Below are positions 11,149-23,089 of a stretch of DNA of 64,000 nucleotides, piece after piece; within the stretch, counting starts at the first letter, position 1, and each line of letters starts with the position of its first letter. The notes below the pieces were generated by a model. The model made no database searches. It saw only the letters and a list, made by a program, of their open reading frames with translations, and had not been told where the DNA came from. A program made the translations under genes and the position numbers. The DNA is taken from assembly GCA_007130045.1 (NCBI GenBank), contig SLTG01000021.1, positions 355 to 64,354 on the forward strand, written 5' to 3'. Source of the DNA: Opitutales bacterium. GTDB lineage: Bacteria; Verrucomicrobiota; Verrucomicrobiia; Opitutales; T3Sed10-336.

Positions 11149-12180
11149 TCACGGTCTCCGCAGGTTATACTCGAACCTTTCGATGCTCGATAATTCGGGA
11201 CGGCCACCCCGGTTTCCGCTACCGGCGACTATATAGATATTATCGTCATGAACGATCGCCTGGGTGCCATGCCTGCCTCTTGCAAGAGGAGCCAGGGTTC
11301 GCCATTCATCTGATTCAAGATCATAGGCTTCCACTTCATCATGAGCAGTGGCGATTAATCCGCTTTCGCCTCCAATCACAATAAGGTGATTGTCCGCGAT
11401 AACCGTTGAGGTTCCCGCCCTGGGTGTAGGTAAATCGTGCGATTCGGGAAACGACTCCCACGAATCACTATCAATGTCGTAAACATCCACCTCCGGTCTG
11501 GTCAACTCGAACGTCTGGCCGGTGGCACGTGAGCTGTTCCTTCCTCCGGCACAATAAATCTTTCCATCCTTCATTGCGGCATGAAAATGATCACGGGCTC
11601 TTGGCGCATCGGCAAGAACGCTCCACTCTCCTGTAATGAAATCATACTGGTCAACCCATTTCACATGGTTGCCGCGGTGCCCATCGATAATCCCGCTTAT
11701 TATAATGGCTTTGTCACCATCAACCACTACACCCGCCGAAGACCTTCTTCTGTCCTCCGGAATTTCATCCCCTTCCTCCCAGCGATCTTCAGCAGGATCA
11801 TAAATCCAAATATGGCTCAATGGCCGTTCTCCGTCGGCTCGTCCGATCATTCCCATAAACGCATATATTTTGCCTTGATGCTCGACTGCCTGAAAATGAT
11901 GCAATTCAATCGGTGATCTCGCCCCTTCCGACCATTCCCTGGAAACGGGATCAAAGATATCAACCGGTTTGATACCCCGACCTCCCAATAAATAGAATTT
12001 CCCATTCACCTCAACAAAAGCATTCTCATGCCGAGCCGTGGGTTCTCCGTCGCAATCGATCTTTTCCCACATGCCCTGCACATTTACGATCAAGCCAGCC
12101 CAAACGAGAGCCGCGGTTAACACTATTACGCCGTTCGTTTTCATATACATATGCCTTTCATTCATTGAGACGGATTTCAA
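11149..12180 (-). CDS. Secreted Kelch-repeat beta-propeller protein (real start probably near 12144-12150)
   Basis: Repeated Kelch units (YLLGG, IYCAGG, IVIGG, YIVAG; YDxxxxxW) and an N-terminal signal peptide. Confidence 0.85.
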   Translation of the reverse strand: MKSVSMNERHMYMKTNGVIVLTAALVWAGLIVNVQGMWEKIDCDGEPTARHENAFVEVNGKFYLLGGRGIKPVDIFDPVSREWSEGARSPIELHHFQAVEHQGKIYAFMGMIGRADGERPLSHIWIYDPAEDRWEEGDEIPEDRRRSSAGVVVDGDKAIIISGIIDGHRGNHVKWVDQYDFITGEWSVLADAPRARDHFHAAMKDGKIYCAGGRNSSRATGQTFELTRPEVDVYDIDSDSWESFPESHDLPTPRAGTSTVIADNHLIVIGGESGLIATAHDEVEAYDLESDEWRTLAPLARGRHGTQAIVHDDNIYIVAGSGNRGGRPELSSIERFEYNLRRP

Positions 12181-12431
12181 CCTTCGGTTGCACGCCGAAA
12201 TATTATCGAATCCTCAGCGAAGATTTCCCCGGAAGCAAGGACTACTGTAGATTCTGACAAAGCAATGGTCAATTGTAAAAATATCCTTTTAAAAGCCTCT
12301 AATGAGGGGGATCAGGGGACGGGATGCTCTTTTCGAGGAATCTCCCGATCCCAAATTAGGGATTGCTCTCGAATGGAGAAACTTGATTTCATGAGGAGAA
12401 AGGGATTACCCGCCTGAGTGCAAGGCGAATT

Positions 12432-13667
12432 ATGGACAACAATGAATCAATCCGTCGCATCGTTGACGAGGTTTTAGCGAAAGTCGGAGGGCGGTCGAGC
12501 GGAGGCGGACGGGCATCCTCCTCGGCATTGGCCGCGGGGCGGAACACTCCCCTTACCGGGCGGGTCGTCCAGTTGGTCGCGCCGGAAAAGCTGGAGATCC
12601 GCGAATATCCCCTGCGAACGATTCGTCCCGATGAAATCCTGGTTAAAGTGGAGGCGTGCGGTATTTGCGGGACCGACATTCACTGTTATCGCTCGGATCC
12701 ATTCGGAATCGCTCCGGCAGTGCTCGGCCACGAGGGTACAGGCGTGGTTCTTGAGGTGGGGTCGGCGGTGAAAGCGGACAGTGTTGGGAAGCCGGTTCGT
12801 GTCGGTGATCGGATTGTCACGAGCGTCCTCGACACCTCGGAGGCCTGCATGATCGCGAAGTACAATCCGCTTAAGGCGAACCTTTGTGACGATCTCAAGG
12901 TGTACGGTCTGCTGCCGGACGAGCCGAACAATCATTTCAACGGATATTTCGGCGAATACCTCATAATCCGGCCGGAATCCTCCTATTTCGTGGTGAATGA
13001 CATGAGCGTGGACCTGCGGGTGCTGATCGAGCCTTCGGCCGTTGTTTGCCACGCTCTCGAACGGGCCAAGAATTCAGGTGTGAACATCAATTTTCGCACG
13101 CGAGTGATTGTCCAGGGCTGCGGCCCGATCGGATTATTGATGGTCGCCGTCCTCAAGACGAGCGGGATAAATAATATTATCGCGATCGACGGCAATTCCG
13201 GTCGCCTTGAGATTGCCCGTCAAATGGGGGCCGATGATACCTTGAATTATCATGCTTACGGCGGGATCGACGAATTGGCCGGCGCGGTATCCGATCTAAC
13301 CAAGGGGCTGGGAGCGCACTACGGATTCCAGGTGACCGGTGTGCCCTCGGCGTTCGCGGGCTTGTTCAAATGCATTCGCAGGGGTGGAGGGATCTGCGAA
13401 GTCGGACATTTCGTTGACGGCGGAGAATGCGGAATCAATCCCCATCATGACATTTGCCGAAAAGAAATCACCGTAACGGGAAGCTGGGTCTACAACCGCT
13501 TCGAATACCCGAACGCATACCACTTTCTCCAGCGCGCGGAACGTATTGGTATTCCGGTGACGAATCTTATTACTCATAAGTTTCCCCTTGACCGGATACA
13601 GGAAGCGTTTGACGTGAACCTTCGCCAGGAGGGCATCAAGGTCATGGTCGAGAATCCGCGAGCTTAA
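12432..13667 (+). CDS. Zn-dependent (MDR) alcohol dehydrogenase with N-terminal encapsulation-peptide-like helix
   Basis: Catalytic-Zn motif CGICGTD...LGHEG and Rossmann motif GCGPIG. N-terminal ESIRRIVDEVLAKV is followed by a Gly/Ser/Ala linker. Confidence 0.9.
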   Translation: MDNNESIRRIVDEVLAKVGGRSSGGGRASSSALAAGRNTPLTGRVVQLVAPEKLEIREYPLRTIRPDEILVKVEACGICGTDIHCYRSDPFGIAPAVLGHEGTGVVLEVGSAVKADSVGKPVRVGDRIVTSVLDTSEACMIAKYNPLKANLCDDLKVYGLLPDEPNNHFNGYFGEYLIIRPESSYFVVNDMSVDLRVLIEPSAVVCHALERAKNSGVNINFRTRVIVQGCGPIGLLMVAVLKTSGINNIIAIDGNSGRLEIARQMGADDTLNYHAYGGIDELAGAVSDLTKGLGAHYGFQVTGVPSAFAGLFKCIRRGGGICEVGHFVDGGECGINPHHDICRKEITVTGSWVYNRFEYPNAYHFLQRAERIGIPVTNLITHKFPLDRIQEAFDVNLRQEGIKVMVENPRA

Positions 13668-13930
13668 GCGCACCCTCTACACTGATGCTGGAAGGATCGC
13701 AGAAATTCGGACTTCGACGAGCTCAGTCCAGCCGCCGGCAAGCTTACAGTCCCGCCGGGGGAAATAAGCGAAGCGGGAGCGGCCCCAAAACCCGCGCAGG
13801 GGTGGTACTTTATATCAACAACTCATAAATTCCAATCTCACCAGCTTCCGTCCGGGAAGGGGTTGATTATCCGAGCGTGCGCTCTGTGATCCTCCCCCAA
13901 GGTCACCTGTCGCATGTTGGAGCGTGGAAT

Positions 13931-15748
13931 TCAGGTGGATTTTTTCTCTTCCTTGCGTTTGCCGACAAAGATGGTGATGTCGGCATCGCGTTGGCCGAGC
14001 AACTCCTGGGCTCTGCGCAATGCGTTTCGGGTCGAAAAAGTGGGGTTGCTTGGCTTGTCCATAAAGAAATTATCACGTCCCAGTTTTTCCAGCAAACCGG
14101 AGTTACGGAAAACCCGGTAAACTTCCCTGTGCGCGCCGGAAACCAGCAATTTGCAGCCATTGGCCTGCAACACATGCAGCAACTCCTCAATCGCAAGGGC
14201 ACAGGTGGCATCGAGATGGCGGGCATTTTTCAGTCGAAGAATAACAATCTTAAGATTTGGATCTAGAGTCGCATTAACGGCCTGTTCGACGAAAAGTTCC
14301 GTCGAGCCGAAAAACAGATCTCCCTCGGCGTGTAAAATCGAGATGCCGGGAGCCTTCTTACGTTCCGGATCATCAATCGCCGCCAATTGACCCTCGGGGG
14401 TGAATTCATATTCAATGAGTTCCGGTGAGCCAACCTTGCGCAGGAACAGAATAACCGAAGTGAAAACTCCGATGTAGATTGCGGTATCCAAGGTGAATAA
14501 CAAGCCTGACAACAGAGTTATCACAAAAACCACCGCATCAGCGTTCGTGGTGCGTATCGACACCCTGATCTGATGCCGGTTGAACAGTGAAAACGCCACC
14601 GCCAGCACCACTGCCGCCAAGGCTGCCATGGGGATGTAACTGATCAGAAATCCGACGGTGAAAAGCAACACCAGACAGAAACCTCCGCTGATGACAACGG
14701 AAACCGCCGTGCGTGCTCCACTGGCCCAGTTCAGGGCGGATCGGGTAATCGAACCGGAAGCATCCATGCCCCCGACAAGGCTATTGGCAAGATTGCCCAT
14801 GCCCATGCCAAACATCACCTGGTTCACATTGATCCGTTCGCCGGACCGGGAAGCTAGACTGCGCCCTACTGACGCCCCTTCCACGACCCCGAGAAAAGCG
14901 ACCGCAAAAGCAGGAGCAGCCAATCTGGCCACCAAATCCAGGTCGAATGGAATGGCAAAATATTCTATGGCATCCAGTGAAAAACCTGTCAGGTAGCGCA
15001 AATCCCAGCCCACCCAACTGAAATACAGAGCAATCAGGCTGGTGACAATCAGTGTAAGTGCCGCATCGGGCAGTTTGGGAACAAATCGCCGGAAAGCCAG
15101 CAATGTTACCAATGCGACGGCGCCCATGATTATTTCCGGGAGGCGCGTTTGATCAAGATTGGCCAATGTTCCACCGAGGATCGTGAAAAAAGTAGTGCCC
15201 TCTTCCAGACTGAAGCCAAGCAGGTTCTGGCTCTGGTTCACGACGATCAGCGCGGCGGCTGCGGTGATATAGGCGGTTACCACCGAGCGCGACACATAGT
15301 TGAGGACCAGTGAGAGGTTGGCGAGGGCACCGATAATCTGAAAACAGCCGACCATGAAAATGAACAGCGGCAGGGCAAAGATCCGTTGTTCCTCGGATAA
15401 TCCCGCCGCCACCATACCTGAGAACAGCAAAATCGCCGTGGAATTCCCCGGGCCCATCACCACCAGTCGCGATCCGGAGAAAGCCGCTGAAACAATGGCT
15501 CCCAGTCCAACGCTGAGCAGCCCATGTTGTGGATGAAGACCGGCAATTAGCGCAAAAGCTATCCCTTGCGGAAAACCAACCAGCGCGACATTGAAACCCG
15601 CCCGCAGGTCCGCGCGGGCCTGCTCGCGAGTGTAAGCGCGAAGGATGCGCCTGAGGGGGAGAAGTTCCAGCTTCCGCAAGCGAAAAGCATTGCCCAACCC
15701 GCGGAAAGCTTTCTCAAGGGAAGTCAGAAACACACCAGTTTTCTCCAA
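13931..15748 (-). CDS. SulP/SLC26 family anion transporter with STAS domain
   Basis: ADLRAGFNVALVGFPQGIAFALIAG, MGPGN, GSITRSALN and C-terminal STAS motif EGDLFFG...LDAT. Confidence 0.92.
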   Translation of the reverse strand: MEKTGVFLTSLEKAFRGLGNAFRLRKLELLPLRRILRAYTREQARADLRAGFNVALVGFPQGIAFALIAGLHPQHGLLSVGLGAIVSAAFSGSRLVVMGPGNSTAILLFSGMVAAGLSEEQRIFALPLFIFMVGCFQIIGALANLSLVLNYVSRSVVTAYITAAAALIVVNQSQNLLGFSLEEGTTFFTILGGTLANLDQTRLPEIIMGAVALVTLLAFRRFVPKLPDAALTLIVTSLIALYFSWVGWDLRYLTGFSLDAIEYFAIPFDLDLVARLAAPAFAVAFLGVVEGASVGRSLASRSGERINVNQVMFGMGMGNLANSLVGGMDASGSITRSALNWASGARTAVSVVISGGFCLVLLFTVGFLISYIPMAALAAVVLAVAFSLFNRHQIRVSIRTTNADAVVFVITLLSGLLFTLDTAIYIGVFTSVILFLRKVGSPELIEYEFTPEGQLAAIDDPERKKAPGISILHAEGDLFFGSTELFVEQAVNATLDPNLKIVILRLKNARHLDATCALAIEELLHVLQANGCKLLVSGAHREVYRVFRNSGLLEKLGRDNFFMDKPSNPTFSTRNALRRAQELLGQRDADITIFVGKRKEEKKST

Positions 15749-16127
15749 TTTGAATTGGTATGAAATCGCTCTTCAGGCGGCGCGGACACGCACCCGCCGG
15801 GAGCGGTCTGAAGATTGGCTTTCATGAGAAAACTGCAGCTTGTCTGAATCAGGATGTACGCGTCAAGCCGAACGTCAAGACGCCTTCCGGGCGATCCCGG
15901 GGCTGGTCCGCCGTATTTCCATTTTCCGATTCCGGCCGCGAAAACAGGGGGAATTTCAGAAAAACCTACGGCATGGGTTCATCCTGGTTGAGACAGGCTG
16001 GAATAAAACCGACAATATCCGAAGCATTCGGCGAGGATCCTTCGACTATCCTGTTGAAAAAGCTGAATGTGCGCGATCCGGATGCCGCCGAATACTCCCG
16101 AGCCCGTAAGCGTCACTGCGGTTTTGG

Positions 16128-17603
16128 TTATGCCCAGGAGCTGATCTTCAACCGGAGCTTTCCCCGGAAACCCTTCTTTGAACTCAAGGGAATAAACGTC
16201 CCCTTCGCGTCGCCTTCCGCCGCGCTGCCCGCGTTCTCGCCCCAGGAGTCGTCCGTAAGGTTGTAGCGGATATGCCATTCATCCCGGCGCGGCGTGGCGC
16301 GGACGGCCAGGGTATTCCGGAAAAGGTTCTCGCCCGGAATGTGACGGTTGAAAATGAGGAATCCATCGATCTCGTAACCGGTGGTCAGAACGCGCAAGTC
16401 GAGACTGAACATGAAACTTCGTCCGACAGTGATCTTCCGTGTATCCAGAAACGCGGAAAACAGCACGGGAGATCGCGGGGCGCTCAGGCCGGATTTCTCA
16501 GGCCGGAACAGATCGTCGAATTTCCTCAGCACCGCCGAAAAGGTCTCCGTGCGGCGTTCGGTCAGTTTGAAATTCACCGCGCCGCGGGGCGAAACGGTCG
16601 ATTCGAAGTAGTAAGAAGCCCGGACCCGCTTTCCCCGCTTGAATTCCTTCCGCACCGACGGCGGCAGCGGTATATCGTCGACCTCCAGCACCCCGTCCAC
16701 CCGGACGTTCCCGAAGAAGAACCTGGCCATGTTCTGATAACCCTCCTCCGAGTTCACGATCCCATAGGGACCGCTGTGGCTGCGATACGTGAACGCCCGC
16801 GGGGCGCCCCGGACCGCGGCGTTTTCAATCTTCACAAGACCGTCGCTCATTTCACGTGAAGCCCCCATTCCGGCCCCGTAGTCCTTGTGATTGGTACCGA
16901 TCAAACAGAAGAAGCGGTTCGGCTCGAACTTTCCGTCGAGGGAATCGACCCGTCCGTCCCTCGGCTTGAGCGCCAGATACTCGGCCATCCGGCCGCGATT
17001 GAAATTGTTAATGTCCCGGATTCCCAGGAATCCGGGAACATTGAGGCCGGCCATCTCGATGCCGTTGTGCGGGGTGGCGTAGGTGAACACCTTGTCCACC
17101 AGTTTCCTCGCCTCTTCGTCTCCGGCGTCCGGGTTCTGCAGGAAACAACGGCAGATCAGCCCGCCCATCGAATGGGCGGCGAGGTAAACCTTGAAAGCGG
17201 CCCGCGCATCCGGGTTCCGGCCGCAAACCTGGTCCCGTATCCGAAGAATCAATGCGCCGAGTCCCCTGGCGGCATCGATAACGGACGGGGCGCCGCCCTC
17301 CCCGAGCTCGCTGTCGGCCCGCTCGTAGTACCGGTAAATAACAATGCTTTTCGCCGGCAACCGGCCCTGCTTTTCCGCCCCGTTTTCGTAAATATCCTCG
17401 TATCCGCAGTCCTTCATCATTCGAACCAGCGGAGACTCGAAAATATGCCGGACCACTCCGCCTTCCCAATTCTGGCGGACCTTGGTGGAGCCGAGGTTGA
17501 AACCCATGTAGGGCGTGGCGACCGTCGCGTCGATTTCGGCCTGGGTCATGGCGTAACCGCGAACGTAAACGATGGGATAATAAGGATGTCGGATGATTTT
17601 CAT
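16128..17603 (-). CDS. Alpha/beta hydrolase (lipase/PGAP1-like)
   Basis: Nucleophile elbow [19 protein letters not shown] and SHSG. Start placed at ATG 17603 ([16 protein letters not shown]) because the longer ORF overlaps glyQS. Confidence 0.8.
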   Translation of the reverse strand: MKIIRHPYYPIVYVRGYAMTQAEIDATVATPYMGFNLGSTKVRQNWEGGVVRHIFESPLVRMMKDCGYEDIYENGAEKQGRLPAKSIVIYRYYERADSELGEGGAPSVIDAARGLGALILRIRDQVCGRNPDARAAFKVYLAAHSMGGLICRCFLQNPDAGDEEARKLVDKVFTYATPHNGIEMAGLNVPGFLGIRDINNFNRGRMAEYLALKPRDGRVDSLDGKFEPNRFFCLIGTNHKDYGAGMGASREMSDGLVKIENAAVRGAPRAFTYRSHSGPYGIVNSEEGYQNMARFFFGNVRVDGVLEVDDIPLPPSVRKEFKRGKRVRASYYFESTVSPRGAVNFKLTERRTETFSAVLRKFDDLFRPEKSGLSAPRSPVLFSAFLDTRKITVGRSFMFSLDLRVLTTGYEIDGFLIFNRHIPGENLFRNTLAVRATPRRDEWHIRYNLTDDSWGENAGSAAEGDAKGTFIPLSSKKGFRGKLRLKISSWA

Positions 17604-17778
17604 AACAGCGGCTTTTTCGGATTTGCCTGGGAGTCTGTCGGGCTTCGCCGACAGACTCCTAAAAGGCATCGCCCGACGCGATCCTAAATTCACGTCCGTC
17701 GCAAGGAGCGCAGCGCGAATGGAATACGGACTTGCGGGCTTGACCCGCCGCACGAAACGGACATTGGATGGTCTGTTT

Positions 17779-19284
<1,506 letters not shown>

Positions 19285-19801
19285 TAGACGCTTACCGGAT
19301 TGCGCGGGCCGAGCGCTCGCAAGCAAGCACGCCACAGGGGGAAACGTCGCGAATCAGGAACTTCCCTGAGGTCTAATTATTTCCGGTGGACTACACGGGA
19401 ACTCCGGCCCGGCCTCCGGCAGCGATTGCGGCGCAACCGGTTGCCCCCGCCTCACCGCCACCTGGGTCGCCCTCCTTCACCGAGTCAAAAGGAAGATTCA
19501 CAAATTTTTTATCCGCGATCCAATCATCCCCGCCGCCTTCAATCCCTTTCGTGAAGCCGACTCCCGGATATCGACACGGGGAAACCCCTAGGCGTAGGCG
19601 CCAAACACGCGTCACGCCTTTCACCTTGACCGGAAACCGTTTGTGTAGGAGGCTTTGAAGCCTATCAGATTAATTTCTAACGTTTTCCCGCACCGGTACG
19701 GCGCGGGATTTCACAAGAAACTTGACTTTGCAAAGGCGTTTGCTCCTTTCAAAACGGACACTTGTTTATAAGAATGCGGGACGTATTCCCAGCTCATAAA
19801 A

Positions 19802-20692
19802 ATGGCGCGTAAAATCAGCTTTCTCAACTACAAAGGGGGTGTCGGAAAAACCTCTCTGATCGTCAACCTGGCATCCTGCCTGGCCCTGGAGGGCAAGCGG
19901 GTTCTGCTCTTCGATTTCGACACCCAGTCCAATGCAAGTATTTGGCTGCTTCGCCTGGACCGCTGGAATCAGATCAACAGTTCCGGGGAAGGAGCCGTGT
20001 ATTCGATTTTCAATCCGGGCAACGCCACGATCGCGGACTGCCTGGTGCGCGACGTGATCGAGAGCAAGGACGGTGAAAAGCTCATTCCAGGTCTGGATCT
20101 GGTTCCCACGACTTTTAACCTCGTCGATCTCGAAAGCGATCTGGAAAGCGGAAATCCCGAACAGCCGCCCTACTCGATCTTCCACGAACAACTCGAAGAA
20201 CTGGAAGACCAATACGATTTCATCCTGTTCGATTGTCCTCCGAATATTCTTCGAGCGTCCCAATGCGGGGTTTACAGCAGCAATGAGATCTACGTCCCTT
20301 CGAACCCCGACGCCTTGAGCCTGGTGGGCTTCACCCTCCTTGTGGAGAAACTCCAGAAGTTCCATCGGGCTTCCGCGAGCTTCCGCAAGAGCGGCATGGG
20401 CGTCCCGGCGGAAATCCGCGGCATCATTTTCAATTCGATCAAGGGGAACGTGGACATCGAGGTTCCGAAGATTCGCATGCAGCTTCGGATGAACCAGTTC
20501 CGAAGCCAGCGAAAGGTATCCCCGCAGGCAAAGATTTTCAATACACAGATTCGCGATGCGAACATCGTGCGCCGCGCGGTGACACTCGGTTTGCCCGTGG
20601 TGCTGGTCGGAGATCAACGGAGAGAAGCCGACAGCGTCGTCACCGACTACCAGAACCTCGCCCGGGAACTGATCGAGCACGAACCGAATTAA
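19802..20692 (+). CDS. ParA/Soj/MinD-family ATPase (no adjacent parB)
   Basis: Deviant Walker A NYKGGVGKT, LFDFDTQSNAS and YDFILFDCPP. Confidence 0.92.
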   Translation: MARKISFLNYKGGVGKTSLIVNLASCLALEGKRVLLFDFDTQSNASIWLLRLDRWNQINSSGEGAVYSIFNPGNATIADCLVRDVIESKDGEKLIPGLDLVPTTFNLVDLESDLESGNPEQPPYSIFHEQLEELEDQYDFILFDCPPNILRASQCGVYSSNEIYVPSNPDALSLVGFTLLVEKLQKFHRASASFRKSGMGVPAEIRGIIFNSIKGNVDIEVPKIRMQLRMNQFRSQRKVSPQAKIFNTQIRDANIVRRAVTLGLPVVLVGDQRREADSVVTDYQNLARELIEHEPN

Positions 20693-20712
20693 TCCTTTCG
20701 CTCATACTTGCC

Positions 20713-21747
20713 ATGCCGGAATCAGAAGACAACAAACAGGAAAAATATACCTCGGCTCGCTGGGATAAACTCCGGGCCAGTTTCCAGAGTTCCATGCTCG
20801 TCGACACACGGCTCTCCAGTCTCGCCGAAAGTCTGGATACGGAGAAATGGCCGATGTCGGGGAAGGACGAAACGCCCGCCAAGTACATTGACCTGTCTTT
20901 CGAGGAATTGAGCGAGAGCGAGGAGATGCTCGACCGCCCGGAACGGATCAGGCTCCTGATGGACATCCTCGAAGGAACCCTCGCGTTCGATGATCCGTTT
21001 GGCGAGATGGTACAGCACGAGGAATCGCAGGCCGACGACGACAACGATGTCATCAAGAATCTCCGCCGTCTGCAGATCTCCCCGGATTTCCCCCTTTCAT
21101 TGACAAACCTGTCGAGGGAGTCACGCCAGCTTTGCAGGAACCAGGAGTTGCGCACCCTGAAGGAATTCGCCGAATTCTCGCAGAACATGGCGCAACACAT
21201 CGTCCTCGCCGGGGACTTCCGCAAACTCCTCAACGCACTCGCGCACATTGACGAAAAAACCATTGCCAACTATCTGCCGTACCGCCCGGGAAACAAAGGC
21301 CTCCACCTTCCCGAAGCAGTCGGATTCGCGGTGGGGCGGATCGAGACCGAAGAGCGCCTCGCGCTTTACCGGCGCTGCGGCGGACGTCTCGAAGACGACG
21401 AACGAGCGTTGGCCGAACGGGTTTCACAACAGAGGATAAAGGAGCTGGAACGGGAACTCGAAGCGAAAATCGAGGAAATGTTCACCTGGTTCGCCAGAGA
21501 AAAGGAAGACCTTAAATCAATGATCCATTACGGTCAGTCGCTCGATCGATTCTTTATGCCGATCAACGCGCCGGCCACCGAACTGATCGCTTCAAAGACG
21601 GTCGCCGGCCTGTTGAGAAAGGAAACCGGGCCGGTGCCGCGCACGGACGCTCCAACGGGCAAATCTCCGACGGCGGATTCCGGAGAGGAGAAAGGCGGAT
21701 TTCTTCAGGGAATCACCCGGTTCATACGCAGAATGCGCGACAGGTAG
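20713..21747 (+). CDS. Hypothetical protein with RNAP alpha-CTD/HhH-like segments
   Basis: Long ORF in an operon-like arrangement after the ParA gene. FPLSLTNLSRESRQLCRNQELRTLKEF resembles the alpha-CTD pattern; the domain call is tentative. Confidence 0.7.
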   Translation: MPESEDNKQEKYTSARWDKLRASFQSSMLVDTRLSSLAESLDTEKWPMSGKDETPAKYIDLSFEELSESEEMLDRPERIRLLMDILEGTLAFDDPFGEMVQHEESQADDDNDVIKNLRRLQISPDFPLSLTNLSRESRQLCRNQELRTLKEFAEFSQNMAQHIVLAGDFRKLLNALAHIDEKTIANYLPYRPGNKGLHLPEAVGFAVGRIETEERLALYRRCGGRLEDDERALAERVSQQRIKELERELEAKIEEMFTWFAREKEDLKSMIHYGQSLDRFFMPINAPATELIASKTVAGLLRKETGPVPRTDAPTGKSPTADSGEEKGGFLQGITRFIRRMRDR

Positions 21748-21792
21748 CCCCGAATTGCATTCGGGCTTTACCTTGTCCGATTTTCAAATACA

Positions 21793-22431
21793 ATGGCTCC
21801 CATGGAACACAGGCCACTGCCTCCATTAAGGAGAAAGCTCAGCCTTCCCAGTCTCGAAAGCTACTCGGCTGAGCTCTCACGGGAATCTCAGCGCTCGGTG
21901 GAATCCATTCGCTCGCTGATGCGCTCCTCCGCGGGCGAGGTCAAATCGTTTGACCAGGCGAACCTCGAGGAGCTTCAAGCGTCGTTGCTCGAACTTGAAG
22001 AAACCCTGGACGAACGGGAAAGGGCGCTCCAGGAAGCGGAAGCGCGGCTGGAGGAGAAAAAACGCGACATCTGGGAGACGGAAGCACTCATCAGCGCCAG
22101 GGAAAACCTCCTGTTAAGCAACGCACAGAACGCGTCCAAGGACAAGGGAGGACTCACCCCGGAGGCGAAAAAAGCCCTCGAAGACTGGCAGGCGGAACTG
22201 GACAAACAGGAAAAGGCGCTTCAGCAAGCCAAGGCATCGTTGAAAGAACGCGAGGCGTTCCTGGACAGCAGTGAAAACACTCTCATGGACAAGTTCCAGC
22301 AGCAGCAGGAAGAGGAAACCCAATTGGAACAGTTGAAAGAAGAGCTCGAATTGCGCCGTAAGGAGCTTGATCAAAAGGAAAAAATGCTCACCGAAAAGGA
22401 GAAAGCCGGTTACCCGGGCGGCGGCGAATAA
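21793..22431 (+). CDS. Coiled-coil protein
   Basis: E/Q/K/L-rich heptad pattern over most of its length. Confidence 0.8.
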   Translation: MAPMEHRPLPPLRRKLSLPSLESYSAELSRESQRSVESIRSLMRSSAGEVKSFDQANLEELQASLLELEETLDERERALQEAEARLEEKKRDIWETEALISARENLLLSNAQNASKDKGGLTPEAKKALEDWQAELDKQEKALQQAKASLKEREAFLDSSENTLMDKFQQQQEEETQLEQLKEELELRRKELDQKEKMLTEKEKAGYPGGGE

Positions 22432-22434
22432 GCC

Positions 22435-22866
22435 CTACCGCCCGTCGATCATTCGGATCCGGCGCTCGTGGCGCCCTCCTTCAAATTCGGTCGCGAGCCA
22501 GGCATCCACGACCTTCATCACGGTTTCGCGGTCAATGACCCGTTCTCCCAGCGACAGAACGTTTCCGTCGTTGTGCATTCGGTTGAGCCGCGCCACTTCC
22601 TCGTTCCAGCAAAGGCCGCAACGAATGCCGGGAATCCGGTTCGCGACGATCGCCTCGCCGTTGCCCGACCCGCCGAGCACGATACCGCGATCGTATTCCC
22701 CCGCAGCCACCGCTTCGGCCACCGGACGGACATAGACCGGATAGTCCACCGGTTCGGCCGAATAGGTCCCGAAATCCTTCACCTCGATTCCCTGATTCTC
22801 GAGGTGCTTCCTGATTATCTCCTTGTACGTGAATCCGGCGTGATCCGAACCGATGGCAATCTTCAT
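22435..22866 (-). CDS. rpiB: Ribose-5-phosphate isomerase B (Glu-base, GGSGNGE type)
   Basis: MKIAIGSDHAG, VDYP, LGGSGNGE, HNDGN and FEGGRHERRI. Confidence 0.93.
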   Translation of the reverse strand: MKIAIGSDHAGFTYKEIIRKHLENQGIEVKDFGTYSAEPVDYPVYVRPVAEAVAAGEYDRGIVLGGSGNGEAIVANRIPGIRCGLCWNEEVARLNRMHNDGNVLSLGERVIDRETVMKVVDAWLATEFEGGRHERRIRMIDGR

Positions 22867-23089
22867 AAGGAAGCCCATTAGAAACGATTACCCGGGCGCG
22901 CCAAGCAGAAAAAATTCCTCACCCCTGCAGCGGCGGATAATCGGTTTCCGCCTCGAAGAGTTCCAACGTCATCTTCCGTATCTCCGCGGGCGAACAGACC
23001 GTCGCGGCAAGCGGTTCAAACTTCGGCCGCCCGGTCGCGTAAAATTCCTTCCCACCCCGAGAAACGGCACGTCCGTCCAACCTGAAGGC

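Noticed and set aside
13709-13729. GGACTTCGACGAGCTCAGTCC hairpin resembling a REP-like element
   Set aside because: Only one copy was seen in the window, so repeat status cannot be supported.
19285-19801. 517-bp intergenic region with hairpins and AGGAGG before a short TTG ORF; possible ncRNA or small protein
   Set aside because: I recognised no RNA family, and the RBS-to-start spacing is only 2 nt. An Rfam or RNA-seq check would be needed.
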